This document shows, in pieces, positions 12,171 through 25,167 of a DNA stretch of 64,000 nucleotides (position 1 is its first letter; each line of letters opens with the position of its first letter). The DNA is from Octopus sinensis (Eukaryota): NCBI RefSeq assembly GCF_006345805.1, contig NC_043000.1:57102001-57166000 (forward strand), read 5' to 3'. The position numbers and the translations under genes were made by a program. The notes beneath the pieces are model-generated. The model was not told where the DNA came from. It ran no database searches and saw only the letters and a list, made by a program, of their open reading frames with translations.

Positions 12171-13699
12171 TAGTCCCACCAATCAATATATGTTCATTGT
12201 AGAAATAATGAAAACTTTCATGGTCTTGCAGATAAAATGACGGAGGCTAGAGACAGCTGAAAACAAACTACTCTTTGCTGACCTGTTTAAACTACTACTT
12301 CTGCTATTATTACTGTTGGTGTTTGTAGTGTGGGGGAATAGTCTTTGTAATATGGTATCTGAATGAAGATTTAGTTACCAGATTGATGGAAACTATTAAC
12401 TGGCAAAATATTGATTTCTGTTTCATCAAAGCTCCTTTTATTTCTGCTTTTATTTCATGAAATAATAAGATAAAAACTACAGTTGTATGTATGTATGTGT
12501 GTGTGTACATGAGTGTGTGTTTGTACATGAGTGTGTATATGTAAATGTGAGGGCAAGAAAAATAACTGGAGAAAGCATTCATTGATTTGAGTGAAGCTTG
12601 GCTAAATTTCATCTATTCTATCAAAGATGTCTTTATTGTAGTGTGTACAAGAATCACGTTCATATTAATGTAGTTTTTTCATTAGTGACTTCATTCCATA
12701 GTTGTCCAGCTGCTGCATTTTCAAGCTTACTATGTGATACGTGTTTTTTGATCTTTATTAAATGTGAGTGCCACTCATTTGCTTTGTAATATCGAGAAGG
12801 AAAACAATTTTGTGAAAACAGGATTGAACAATGAATATCAAGGATATTTTCTTATTAGAGTAATGTGCTGAAGCACAGTACAATAGCCTAGAATAGCTTG
12901 ATTCAAATTTTAAACCTTCTAAATGTCAGAAGTCCAGTCACTACCATAACCTCATGACCATTGTAGTAACTCAGTTTTGACTAAGTCCTTACATTATCTT
13001 TGTACCTGTGGATTTCACAAGATATTTCAGACTTACAAAGTACAACCTTGGAACATTTCATAAAAAGAAATTTAAAAAGATTTTTTTATTCTTTCATCTC
13101 CCAGCAGCACATGCAATGGCAGACTATTGTATTAGAGTAAGTTCAGTACTATTAACCAGTGGGAAAGTCAGCAACATAACAGAAACATATTGCTGGACTA
13201 ACATAAATTAAATGTCTCACATAGTTTTATCCTCCCTTCTACACTAAATCCCACAAGAGTCGATTTTGTTTCTCTTTTGCTTGGATTGATAAAATAAATT
13301 CTAGGCATGTATTGAGTCACTTCATTTAAACATACTTTACAAAAATCTATTCAAATGTGAGAACTCATTATAGATCAAGAGCCTTCTAATAATTGTTGGC
13401 ACCATTTTCTGAACATTGTCTGTATTTGACTGACTGACAATCATTCACTTACCATCATTCTAGAAACACTTGTCCACAGATTTGTTGTTTCCTATTTTTG
13501 TCTCTTCTATTGTTATTGTACTAACAGCTACTCTTCTGAACTTGTAGTTTTTCTCTCCATCTGGCCCACATCTCATCATACAGCAATTCACCCCACTTTC
13601 CATTCATCATCAGACACTCAAAAAGCAGAAGGAAAGTAAAAAATACCCAAAATCTTATCATCATCCTTATAATTTTGACATTCACTTTTCTATGCCTTG

Positions 13700-13880
13700 G
13701 ATAGAATTTATTGAGGCAAATTTGCTACAGCCAGATGGCTCTCCTTATTGCCAACCCTCACACGTTTCCAAGCAAAATAATATTTCCTTATGGTCAGACA
13801 TGTTCTTGCAGAATATTAGAAACGAATGACACTGCTTGTATGACAAAGACAATCATTTACAAATATCCAACGATGTCAGA
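13700..13880 (-). mobile_element. Fragment of the (GAT)n-tailed element family
   Basis: ctacagccagatggctctccttattgccaaccctcac...tttccaagcaa; similar segments at about 21550-21770, 22085-22250, 38460-38620 and 42330-42500. Confidence 0.55.
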
Positions 13881-14371
13881 AGATTGCACCAAGTAAGAGC
13901 AATGTAGAAAACCCTTACCTTGTTTTATTATTTATACTAGTGTGTAACAAATTTATAACACAGTCTTTCAAGGATCTCAAACATTAGTATATATTTCCTA
14001 AATCCTTGAATTACGTTTTTATGAAAGAAATTTTGATTCGGTAGTAACAGAAAAAAATATATATATAATAGGCTAAGTTTTTTTAATGTTAGTGGCCTTC
14101 ACTACTGTTTTATCTGTTACATTACTTAAGCAAATTACAGTCAATTATAAAACAATAATTAATTTCAATCTATTCTTAAGAAGTGGTTAATTTTAAATAT
14201 AGAGCAAATATTCAAAGTAGTTTTCTCTAAGATTGTTTTTTTTTAATATATATTTATAATTCAAGTATTTTAATTGTCTTCACATCAGAATAAATGTGTT
14301 AGATGAAGCCAAAAAAAAAATGCTTACAATTCAAATTTATGCTGTTGTTGAAGACTGACTGTTCTGTAATC

Positions 14372-14585
14372 AACCATTTAAACTGGCCATATTCAACTCT
14401 AAATATTCTCCTTGTTTTATATTCAAACCAACCAGATCTGGTTTCGCACAGCTACCCTATAGTGTCATTCTAAAAATAGTCGCATCATTGAAATTTTGAA
14501 GCTATAATATAATGCATGATTAATCAAAAATGAAGTGTATAAATATGCATTACATTCGAGAGTAATCTGAATGTGAAAGGGTCAA
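14372..14585. mobile_element. piggyBac-like MITE family A copy
   Basis: Homologous to 49139-49354; degenerate end aatgtgaaagggtcaa. Confidence 0.7.
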
Positions 14586-15827
14586 ATTATATTCTGTTGT
14601 CTTTAAAAGAAAAGACTCTGGTGATTGTTGGACTACTTTTCTTCATAGATCTGCTCAGTCAAGTCTGACCTGGTGGCTAAATAATAAACATCTTTGAAAG
14701 TTATATTTCTATGTCTGTATGTTTGTACATGGCTGCTCTTTCTATGTATAATTTTTCTTTGTTTACTTACATGATAAATATTAAATCCATGAAAGGTTAT
14801 CTCCATTAAAGTAATGAGAGTTTTATGGAAGTAACTTTTTCATAGATTGAATGTGTTTTCTTAATACAGATAATGGAACTACATTAAAGAGTAATTATAG
14901 AATGTGGAATTGTCTTTTTTTTTCTCGTGAATTGCTGTGTGGATAGAGAAAAAGCTTAAATTCTTCAGGACAATACTTTAATTATTCTCAACAAACTTTC
15001 CTATAACCAGACAACTGACTCATTGGCTTTTATATAAAGATATTGAAGAGTATTGTGTCATTACTGCTGCTGTTGAGTAATTTCTGAAGAGCCTTTGTGA
15101 ATTCCATTGCATTCTAGTCAGCGCTTAATAATTTATCCAGAGGAGTGAGCTGGATTATGCTCCACTGCTACATTTTAATAACTTTTTAATAGCCTTATAA
15201 TAGAGAAAAGAAATTGTTTAGGTTAAAGAAGTGCAATAATACAGGAATGTAATTCAGCAGGCAGTGGTTTTGTTTGTTGTGAGAAATCTTACCAAAGTAA
15301 TATTCTGCTTGACAGAACAAACTGCACTTGTAATTCTACTCTGTATACAGTTTAACTTTACTCCTGCCAATTACACTTGCTGTTTTTAGCTTGCCAGTTA
15401 ATTTGTAGACTGTGCCTCCTGAGATTTATTATATGCATTATTAGTCTTTATCAGGAACAATCTTTTATAGAATTTTTCGTAAGTGTTTCTGAAATTGATA
15501 ATCACAATGGTAATTTACCCTATAAATAAATATACAGTTATTGACACTGTTCACTGAATGCTTACTTCATAATTTGAAGAAAAACAAACAAAATGTTTTT
15601 ACCCCATTAAGTCTAAGTACAATTAAAAACAAAAATGCCTAGAGGGAATTAAATGTTATTACATGAATGTAGCACAGTTCAATGGCCAAACCTGCTGTAA
15701 CATGATGTTGCTAAGTGAAAAATGCAGCTTTGATTGTGGGGTCTCTGCTTGTTAGACTTTTTTCAAGCAGGAAGAATATTTCATTTTAGTCAGTAAGGCT
15801 ACAGTGAAAATCAGGGTGTTATTAAGT

Positions 15828-16030
15828 TGACTCTTTTGATACCGACCTACATGTATTATGATACAAATTTTCTGTTTAAAATTATCTAAATTAGAGCCTT
15901 TCATCAAAATTTCACATTGATTTATGATCTAAACACCAGTTTAATTATGACAAAGTTATTTTATTGAATTCTTCATTATTTTCAAAATTAACTTTCTCAT
16001 CAGAAGAAATATGACGGCTAAAGGATTAAA
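15828..16030. mobile_element. piggyBac-like MITE family B copy
   Basis: Contains tcatcaaaatttca and gacaaagttattttattgaattc; related copies at about 26545-26660 and 57900-58122 (inverted), which end in aaagggttaa or aaaaggttaa. Confidence 0.6.
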
Positions 16031-17293
16031 TATTGCTGGAACTGACTGAAACCTAAGAAGGTTATCTGACATGTCATATTACTGACCATTATATGGCACT
16101 TTTATCATCCCAGAATAAAGTATTTACATAAATTTAACTAATACCTAATACTTTACTTTTATTAACCATCTATTTGAGCCTTTAAGAGTTAAATGACATT
16201 GCTTGGGAGATATACAGCAAATGATAAGTTTCTCTCATTACCTGGCTTAATACCATTAGCTAGTCCTTGGTCTATCATCTACAGGCTTAGCCTGCAAATG
16301 TTCAAACTGGATATCAGTAATATTAATTTCACAAACTCTTAAAATCTCGTTAGACTTATTAAGATACCCATAAAGTATTTTTTTCCCTAATAAACCTAAT
16401 ACCTTGTACTTACGCAAAAAATCTATACTGTTGGTACTTGTGGCACAGAGCAGTATGTAAGCTCTCTTCAAGCTGAAATTGTGACACGATTTCAATTCCT
16501 CCTTTTAGTTAATTTACTTTCTTCATATTGCTAACACCCTTGGGAAATGCATGCATCTTACTCTCCATTCTTCTAAATATATAGGGCCTTTATACCTAAT
16601 TCAAAAGAAGCTGCAGTTTCATTAGTATTTATTTTATACATCTTGGTGGAATGAAATGTAAAGAAGCTGATGACAGAATTTGAATTATGTAGCACAAGGA
16701 AAATATACCTGTGCTAATGTATTGTATCAGTTGATGTTCACTATTTTATTGAAGATCAACCACAAAATGTTGGATAAAATAATCCTTTGCTGAAATTATT
16801 GCTATTGGTCTCAGATCCAGCTTCTTAATTACCACTTCATTGGTTTGATGATAAGGTGGTATTAGATTACCAACTTATAGAACTAGGTTCATATCCACTG
16901 TAGGCATAGTGCTGTGTAATTGAGTAGCATACTTAATTCTATATGCTTCAGTTCACACAGCTGTCAAGAATAGAAATCACTTCATCCAGGAACTTCGCTT
17001 TCATTAGACTAGCATCCAATGATGGCTATGTCTGCCCCACCTTGTTTTATGTAATAAATCATAGATGATGATCTGCTCTGAAATCTCTTGCGGGCATTGG
17101 AGTCATTCATAATTTTACTTGTTTTGATATAAATTTATCTATATTTATTTAATGCTTTTTTCCTAGAGTTCCCTACCCCTAACTTGCATTAACATCTAGT
17201 TGAAGTTTCTAAGAGCATTCACTAGGTTTTGATTTTTTTAATATATATTCTTGTTAACATCTAGGACCTGTTATTATTGTAACATCACACTGA

Positions 17294-17336
<43 letters not shown>

Positions 17337-17809
17337 TGAGAAAGCTTCTGTACTTTCTTTTCCATATCATTTATTTTTGCTTGCCTCTGAAGGCTGTAAT
17401 TTTTACAATTTTGATTACTTTGTCAGGTTAATGATATTTGGTTAGTGCCCTCTAAACATTACTTATCTTTGATCTATTTGTTTCTAAATTCTTTTTTGTT
17501 ATTTGTTCCCTAAATATGATTTTCTGTTCTTTTCATCTGCTTTCATTGTGCCAGGAAATAAATCAAACCCATAGAAATTTACATTACTTTCGATATGGAT
17601 GTATGAATTTCTTGATTTTTCTAGCAGAATATCAAACCATTATTGTTAGGTGTTTTGAGACAAAGTTGCAACAGATATATTTAGGCTAGTTACTTCTGGT
17701 ATTTTGTTACAATCATCTTCTTTAGTTTTCTTTTGAAATCCAACTGAGATCAGCTTTTGTTTTCCAAGGTTAATAAGTACATATAAGCATCACCAGAAGG
17801 AATATAATT

Positions 17810-18460
17810 TCTAATATAGGCACAAGACCAGCGATTTTGAAGGGAGGGAATACATCAACCCTAATATTTGTCAGGTACTTTTTTAATCATGCCAGAAATG
17901 TGAATTTGATCACAGTGTGGTTTGAACTCAGACTATAAAGAGCCTGGAGAAATACTGCAAAGCATTTTTCTAATGCTCTAGTAATTCTGCCAGTTTGTTG
18001 CCATGTCAGAAGGAGCTGATATAACCAGGTTTAACCATCCTTTTCAACATTGGCTTATTAGATAAGTAAAGTGAATTGGCAGAGTTGGAACATGAAGTGA
18101 AATGCCTTGTGTTATTTATTCTGGCTTCTTGAATTCTAAGTGCAAATCCTGCCAAGCTCAACATTACCTTTCATCCTTCATGGGGTGATAATGTATTAGT
18201 CTGAGTTCAAATTCCGCCAAGGTCGACTTTGTCATTCATCCTTTCAGGGTCGATAAATTAAGTACCAGTTACGCACTGGGGTCGATGTAATTGACTTTAT
18301 CCCTTTATCTGTCCTTGTTTGTCCCCTCTATGTTTAGCCCCTTGTGGGCAATAAAGAAGTAAGAAAGGTGGGTTGGTGAAATTGTTAAAACATTGGACTG
18401 GATGCCCAACAGTATTTGTTCCAGTGCTTTGCACTTGGAGTTCAAATCCTGTTGTTGCCT
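17810..18460. mobile_element. SINE family 2 cluster: one minus-strand copy (17810-18005), then plus-strand copies including a young partial copy at 18200-18362
   Basis: ctgagttcaaattccgccaaggtcgactttgtcattcatcctttcagggtcgataaattaagtaccagttacgcactggggtcgat retains its CpGs; neighbouring copies are degenerate. Confidence 0.75.
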
Positions 18461-19264
18461 ACTTGTGTGGTAGAGTTAATCCATCACCTGGCTTAACATT
18501 ACCACATGTTTCTTGAGTACCTTTTGTAGAATCCATTAATGTTGCAAGTATTCAGGCCAAGATAACTTCCTTGCTTCTTCTTGCCAGTCTTGGAAACCCT
18601 ATAGAGGTTCTTGGGCACTGCTTTTTCTTCTAACTAAACAATAAATAAAGTAGCAAGCTATTATTTCACACACACACACACACTCACAAAAGAAGAAGTG
18701 AAGTGGTAAAGTGCTTGACTAAATGCTTTATATAATTTTGTTACATTATTTTCCCATTCTAAGTTCAAATCCCATCAGTTTATTTTGCCTTTTAACCATT
18801 CAATCCAGTATTGTACCAGAATTAATACAATTAACTATATAATTTGTGGCCTTATATGAAAGTTTGAAATAACAATTTTAAATGAAAATCTAAAGAAGAA
18901 AGGAGGAAGGAGATAATTTCAGTTTAGTAACTACTTTTTAAACCCATTAAATTGATACTTCAAAGAGAAACCAGAACTAAATGAGGCCACTAAGATAAAA
19001 ATCAATATTTATCTATGTGGTATTTAAACATTAAAAATGAAAAGTTCAAGTGTATGTGTAGTGTTAAATAATATAAGGTGAGTAAGAATGGAAATGTTAT
19101 AGAGAGAATACAATCATTATTTACTCAATGCAAATTCAACTTCAACATTTATTTTCTTTCCACTAAATAACCAACTACTATTGTTTTGCCAAACCTCAAT
19201 GTTTGGAGTTTCTAGGAATTAAAATATAATTCCAATAAGAAAAATGAAATTGGAAGTGATACAG

Positions 19265-19500
19265 ATATCATCATCATCATCATCATCATCTTTATAGTTG
19301 CTTTCCCTGCTGGTATGGGTTGGGTTAATCATGATCCAAGTCAGTTCTTATTGGGAACCACTGCTTTTGTAGACAGGTTGGAGGATTTTGGGCTTGGCTT
19401 CTATGGTTAGATGCCCTTTCTATCACTAACCACATCAGTGTACTTGGTGCATTTTATCATGACACCAGCATTAGAGAGCTGTCATGTCTTTACTAAGACA
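19265..19500 (-). mobile_element. (GAT)n-tailed element 3' end
   Basis: (CAT)n run followed by gctttccctgctggtatgggttgg and tagatgccctttctatcactaacca, the reverse complement of the 3' end at 63560-63720. Confidence 0.65.
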
Positions 19501-20052
19501 TGACTAAAAGATCCTCCTGACCTTATGCTTTTGCAATTCATTCACCAACCACTTTTACAGCATGTACTGGGTTCATTTTATTGTGATGCTAACCTGAAAA
19601 GCATTGCCTTATACACTGTGAGAGCAAAGAATACTCACCACTCTAAGACCTGTATGCTTCAGAATGTCACCAAAGAGATGTATAGAGGAGAGAGAGTGGA
19701 CAGATGAGTTAAGATGGGTAGGTGAAAGGAGCAAGAGTATGGTGGTAGAAACAGCAACTGAGGTCAGAGAGAGAGAGAGAGATAACTAGCACTACAGAAA
19801 AGGTTAAGTGTAAGGAGTAGTGGGATACTCTTCTTGTCACCAACACTCATCTGCTTCCAAGCAAAGTCTAGACATGTTTTCACAGTTTTCAAACAAAAAA
19901 TACTCCTTGTATGACTAATGTTTTGTTAACAATTATTGGCAATGTCAAGACAAGGAGACACACACAAAAATAAAAAGTGAATGTTAAGCTATGATTATAT
20001 ATATATATTTATAGATATATGTGCATGCATACATACATACATACTCCCAAAC

Positions 20053-20510
20053 TACTAGGTTGAGGAAAAAGTTTGTGTGCTATGTTAAAATAATAATTTT
20101 TTATGCAAGAATTTATTCAAAAACAACAATTCTTCAAAATAAAAACCATTATTTTCCACAACCTTCTGCCAATGACCTGCAAGCTTTCGAATTTGGTCAA
20201 AGTACCAATCCTTCAGCTTTGAATCGAAAAATTCTTGACGGGCTTCTTCAACTTCATCAAATGACGCAAATCGGCAACCTTTCATAAAGTGCTGCATTGA
20301 TCAGAAGAGACTGTAGTCAGATAGAGCAACGTGTGCACTATAGGCTGATGCGGCAGAACTTCCACACTGTCCAATTCTTGTTGCTGGTCTTTCTGGCAGT
20401 ATGTAGCTTTGCATTGTCTTGTTGAAACAAAACGCGTTTTCAATGAACAAGTCCTGGGTACTTTTCAACTGTGAGTTACCATTGAACATGATATGAACTG
20501 AATGAACACA
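20053..20510 (-). mobile_element. Mariner (DD34D-type) transposon 3' fragment, transposase pseudogene
   Basis: Minus-strand pieces QQDNA..., AYSAHVALSDYSLF*SMQHFMKGCRFASFDEVEEARQEFFDSKLKDWYFDQIRKLAGHWQKVVENNGFYFEE match the mariner YSPDLAPSDY...RWQKVI..DG.YFE C-terminus; TIR-like end ta|ctaggttgaggaaaaagtt at 20053. Confidence 0.85.
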
Positions 20511-21782
20511 CACACCACAAATATATATAAAAAAAAAGCATTATTTTAACACAGCACACAATAATAAGAATAAAGGATATTATAAAGAATGTTAATAAGA
20601 ATAAAAGATATTATCTGTAGTAGAATATTGTTCAATATGCCACCAGCCATAAGAAGCATAATAATGTTTATATCTGTAAGACATTTATTTAATTAATTAA
20701 TTTATTATATATAATTAATAAATACACTAGTCTTCAGATTGCACTGCAATTCGAATGAAACCTGCAAATGCAAGAAGGTCAAAGAGTCTAATATTACTTG
20801 CAGTCATTGTATCATCAACAAAATTTGTCTATTATTGAAAGTGTTGCAATTTTTTTTTTCTTTTATACAATCTTCTTTTTTAAACATATACACTTCATAT
20901 ATTCCCATCCTCTCTCTCCCTCTAATCAATTAAGATGGATCTCCAGGATAGAAGTGATTATCTTGACATATAGCTTCTAATTATTTCTCAGTCAATTAGC
21001 TGATTAGTTCATTTAGAACTGCAACAGGAACTATATCAACCAACCAACTGTTAATGCAGATTAATAGCTGTGCATTCTGACACCCTCAACCATCACATAA
21101 CTATTCAGAAAACTGAACTATGTTCATAAACTTTCATTAATAATCTTATTAGTTTTTAGTTAAATTTTAATGTTTTTTTGAAAATTATTTTGTGACTACT
21201 TTTGCTCAAACATTAATCAGATAGTGATTTTTTTTATCTCTCCTCTCCCCACCATATATTAACTTTTAATTTTAGAACAAATATTTTGTAAGAGATATCT
21301 GTTTCTTGATATATGCTTAATTTACTTTTTATATCATCCTCATAATTATATCTTTCCTATTCTATATTAACTTGGGCTGTGCAATTTTAAAGTACATCAT
21401 TTCACTACTCTTCTTGATTGTGTTGTCTTACCCCTGAAGCCCAATTTCTTAATATCTAAACATATCATCCCCCCCCCCACCATCTTCTTTGATACAGGTA
21501 TCATTTACTCTCTTCCTTTTTGTATATTTCTCATTAACATACACTTATCCATGCTTGCATGGCTCTGATGGAATTCATTGAGACAGATTTTCTGCAGCTA
21601 GATGCCCCTCTTACTACCAATACTCATCTGTTTCCAAGTGAGTTGATATTTCCCTATAGAAATGCTTTCATGAACAATTGGAAACAAAAGGCACTGACTG
21701 TATGATGATGTTCATTTACAACTGTCGAGCAATGTCAAGACAAGGAGACAAACATATGCACACACACACACACACACACACA

Positions 21783-21945
21783 ATGGCTTCTTTGAGTTTC
21801 CATTTACCTAATCCACTCACAAACTTTTAGTCAGCCCACAGTTATTGCAGAAGACACATGACCAAAGTGCTATACAGTAGGACTGAACTTGAAACTACAT
21901 GGTTGGGAAGTGAGCTTCTTAAGCACACAGCTATGTTTATGCCTA
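21783..21945 (-). mobile_element. SINE family 1, 5' half
   Basis: Homologous to 10280-10439. Confidence 0.65.
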
Positions 21946-23975
21946 TCACAGCTGTGTCAGCCCATTCTTTACCAGCACATGTCGTCCATGTCCACACCGG
22001 CACAGCCGTCATATCTGAATGCACACACATATTTCATCATTTTTGTTTTTACATCCACTTTTTCCAAGCTGTCACGAATTAGGCATGACTTCTTCAGGCT
22101 GGATTCTATGGCCAGATGCCCTTCTTGCACCAACCCTCATTGGTTTTATAAGTAAGGTACTTTATTCCAGGCTTTAACATGTTGAACCGCTGCTGGGCAT
22201 TTTGTCTGTAAGAGACATAATCGTCACTGTTGAAGTAAATGTCAAGCAATTTCATGCTGATATAAACACACGCATGCATATAAAATGGTCTTCTGCACAA
22301 TTTCCATCTTCCTGCTACATCCATAAGACACTAGCCCACCTGTGGCTACAATTGAAAGTCTTGCCCAAGGCAGAACACAGAAAAATCAATTCAGAAAACA
22401 AACGAACTTGGATGGGAACACACACACAAATGTTTATACATATAGATGGACACACACACACACACACACTCACACACTCACACACACACACACACACACA
22501 CACACTGTTCTTAATACTCTTGAACTGTTTCAGCTAAATGTCTTCTCTGCCATCATCCTTCATATTTTTCTAGTTTATTTATATGTCAATAGGTCAATGA
22601 AAATGCCAAGCTGATAAATGATTAATCTAAATACATTATGCATTTAATATTGAATTTAATTTTGGCAAATCTAGTTCTCAGTTTAACCTCTGTTGATGCT
22701 GATTATTGATGTACCAGTCATATACTAGAGTTGATTCACTTGATTATTCCATTTCTTTTGAACAAGGAAACATTTGTGTGGGTTAAGTAAAAAATGTAAG
22801 TTTGTAAACCTGGTGTAATTATTTTATCTACGTTTTTAAAGATGATTTTTCTAATGGAATTATGTTGTCTGTTTCATTAAGTTCTGGTATGTGCTTGTCA
22901 GATTTTATTTTTTGCTTTTTTTTTAAAGTTTTCCAAGTTTCCATTTATTCTGGCTATTATTAGAAATCTGTAATCCTAGGTAAACCAAACTGATAAGATA
23001 TTTAGCATTAGAAGCAGAAAAAAACTAAAAGAAGATAGATAAATTGCAAAATACATATCTTTCTGCTTCGGTTATAAAAGATTTCATCAACATGTTGTGG
23101 TCCACATCACCTCCTCATCATCATAATCATAATCATTCTCATTTGCCTCCTCCTTCGATTTTTTTCATTTCTGCATTTCTTACCATCACCCAATTTTTTC
23201 CTCTTAATTCTAATTACCTATACAATTGTGTTAGATATATTTGGTGTTTTATGCATAAAGGTTTATCTCAATATTATTTCAACATCAGATATAACATATC
23301 TATTACTTTCTGCTTATCATTTTACTTCCAGTTTAAACAAGTTTCTTCTTTCCTTATCAACTTAAAGAAGATCTGTTTTCATTATGCTAATACTTTGCAC
23401 CAGACATTTCGGAACTGGAATGTTGTATCATTAAATATTGGATACCTAGTACAAAGATTTTTTTTTCAGTAATTATCTTGCTTTGTGTGTGCGTGTGTGT
23501 GTTTTAATCAGTTATATGCCTTCCTTCCACCATCCACTGCTACTTTGTTTTGTAGAAACTGTATTTCTATTCTGAAGTTGACTTCCTCCAAAATGAAATG
23601 TAAATGTTTTGTGAAACACTATAAATATCTGATGAAATTTCAGTCAATAAGTGCTGTTATTATTTTTATGCACTTAGTTTATTTTATTCTGTCTATATTT
23701 ATTTAATTAGTTTAAAAGTCAGCAGTCACTTAATTTGCTTTATCTAGCTAATCTTGTTCTCTCTTCTTTTTCTTATCTTAGAAATAAACAAAAGATTAAA
23801 AAGAAAGACTTGTTTTAATTTTTTTCTCTTGAAAAGTCAATTTTTGTTCTACATGAAATAAATTAATTTAAATAGTTGTCTGCAAACAATCAGCTCCATC
23901 ACCCACTCCCACACACCATCACATACACACATATTCACTATTACACAGACATACACACATTTGCACCATCTCATA

Positions 23976-25167
23976 TGAGCTGCGTTCAAAATGTATTTAA
24001 CCTCTTGCCAGAAAAAAAAAAAACCCATTTTGTACAGTTCACAAATCTTGTTTAATTCCCTTCAAAATACTCCCCTTAGGAGTTCATGCACTTCTCCCAA
24101 CGATTCTGCCACCGTTAGTAACCTCTGGAACATCTTTAGAATGCTATGGAGCTCTGCTATTGCTTTTCTCATAATTTCCCCATGTGACTCAAATTGCTTC
24201 CCTTTCAGTTTATCAGTTTGTGTGGGCAGAATGAGCTGATGCACTGTCATGGTGAAGTTGCCAATTCTTCACCAACCACATGTTTGGCTGTTTTCAAGGC
24301 ACAGCCTCACCAAGATGACATGTAATCTCCAGGTAATATTCCTTATCGATTGTTTGGCTTTGTGGTGTGTATTCATGATACACAATACTACAGGAGTAAA
24401 AAAAACAGGTCAACATTACCCTCACATTGCTGTGAACCTGTTATACTTTTTGGACCTTGGTGATGACAGATGCTTCCATTTGGAGGAACTATAAACTCCT
24501 GTCTCATTACCTGTTACGATAGTCTTCATGAATTCTGGATCATAGTTTGCACAGTCCAGCATGTCCTGAGTGATTTCCATGCAGAGTTGCTTCAACTGTT
24601 TTGCCAGCACCATGGGGATGAATTTCACCAACACCCCCAACATGGACAAATCCTCTCTTACAATGGAATGCACTGATTCTGTGCTTATTCCCACCTCATG
24701 AACAGTTCCCTTATTACACAATGGTTTTCCATGACTATTCACCATGCCTTCTCAATTGACTCCACATTTTGGCTTGAGCTTGCCTTGCTTTCCACTGAGG
24801 TGTGGCCATGTTTGAAGCAGTTGTACCACTCCTTGATCTGAGTTTTGCCCATGGCATCATCACCAAAGACCTGCTGAATCTTCTGGATAATATGAGCTTG
24901 AGTATCACCAAGCTTTTCGCAAAACTTGATGCAATATCTCTGCTTGATGCATTCAGTCATTTTGCTTGAAAACCAAAATCTGACAAGCACACATTTCATG
25001 CTTGTACTCTGTGTATAACAGCTGGGAACTGACGTGTCCTACTGGCTCAAAACTTTTCATGCACGCTCAGAAAGGGTGACATCACCTCCCACCCAAAGGA
25101 TTCTGCCCATGTGGCATTAGTTTTGGTGGGAAAATAATGAAGTTGGATACTTTTTGAATGCACCTCG
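23976..25167 (-). mobile_element. Near full-length mariner transposon (about 1.19 kb) with disrupted transposase
   Basis: 29-bp TIRs TGAGCTGCGTTCAAAATGTATTTAACCTC and CGAGGTGCATTCAAAAAGTATCCAACTTC (22/29 identical), TA on both outer sides. ORF pieces QRYCIKFCEKLGDTQAHIIQKIQQVFGDDAMGKTQIKEWYNCFKHG (HTH), FMKTIVTGNETGVY (first catalytic Asp motif decayed) and KLKGKQFES. Confidence 0.92.

Noticed and set aside
16256-16495. 79-aa minus-strand ORF and a possible 50-nt minus-strand exon
   Set aside because: No recognisable domain, non-ATG start and weak acceptor.
16648-16670. miR-1-like sequence tgaaatgtaaagaagct
   Set aside because: Seed mismatch relative to UGGAAUGU, divergent 3' end and no complementary arm for a precursor hairpin.
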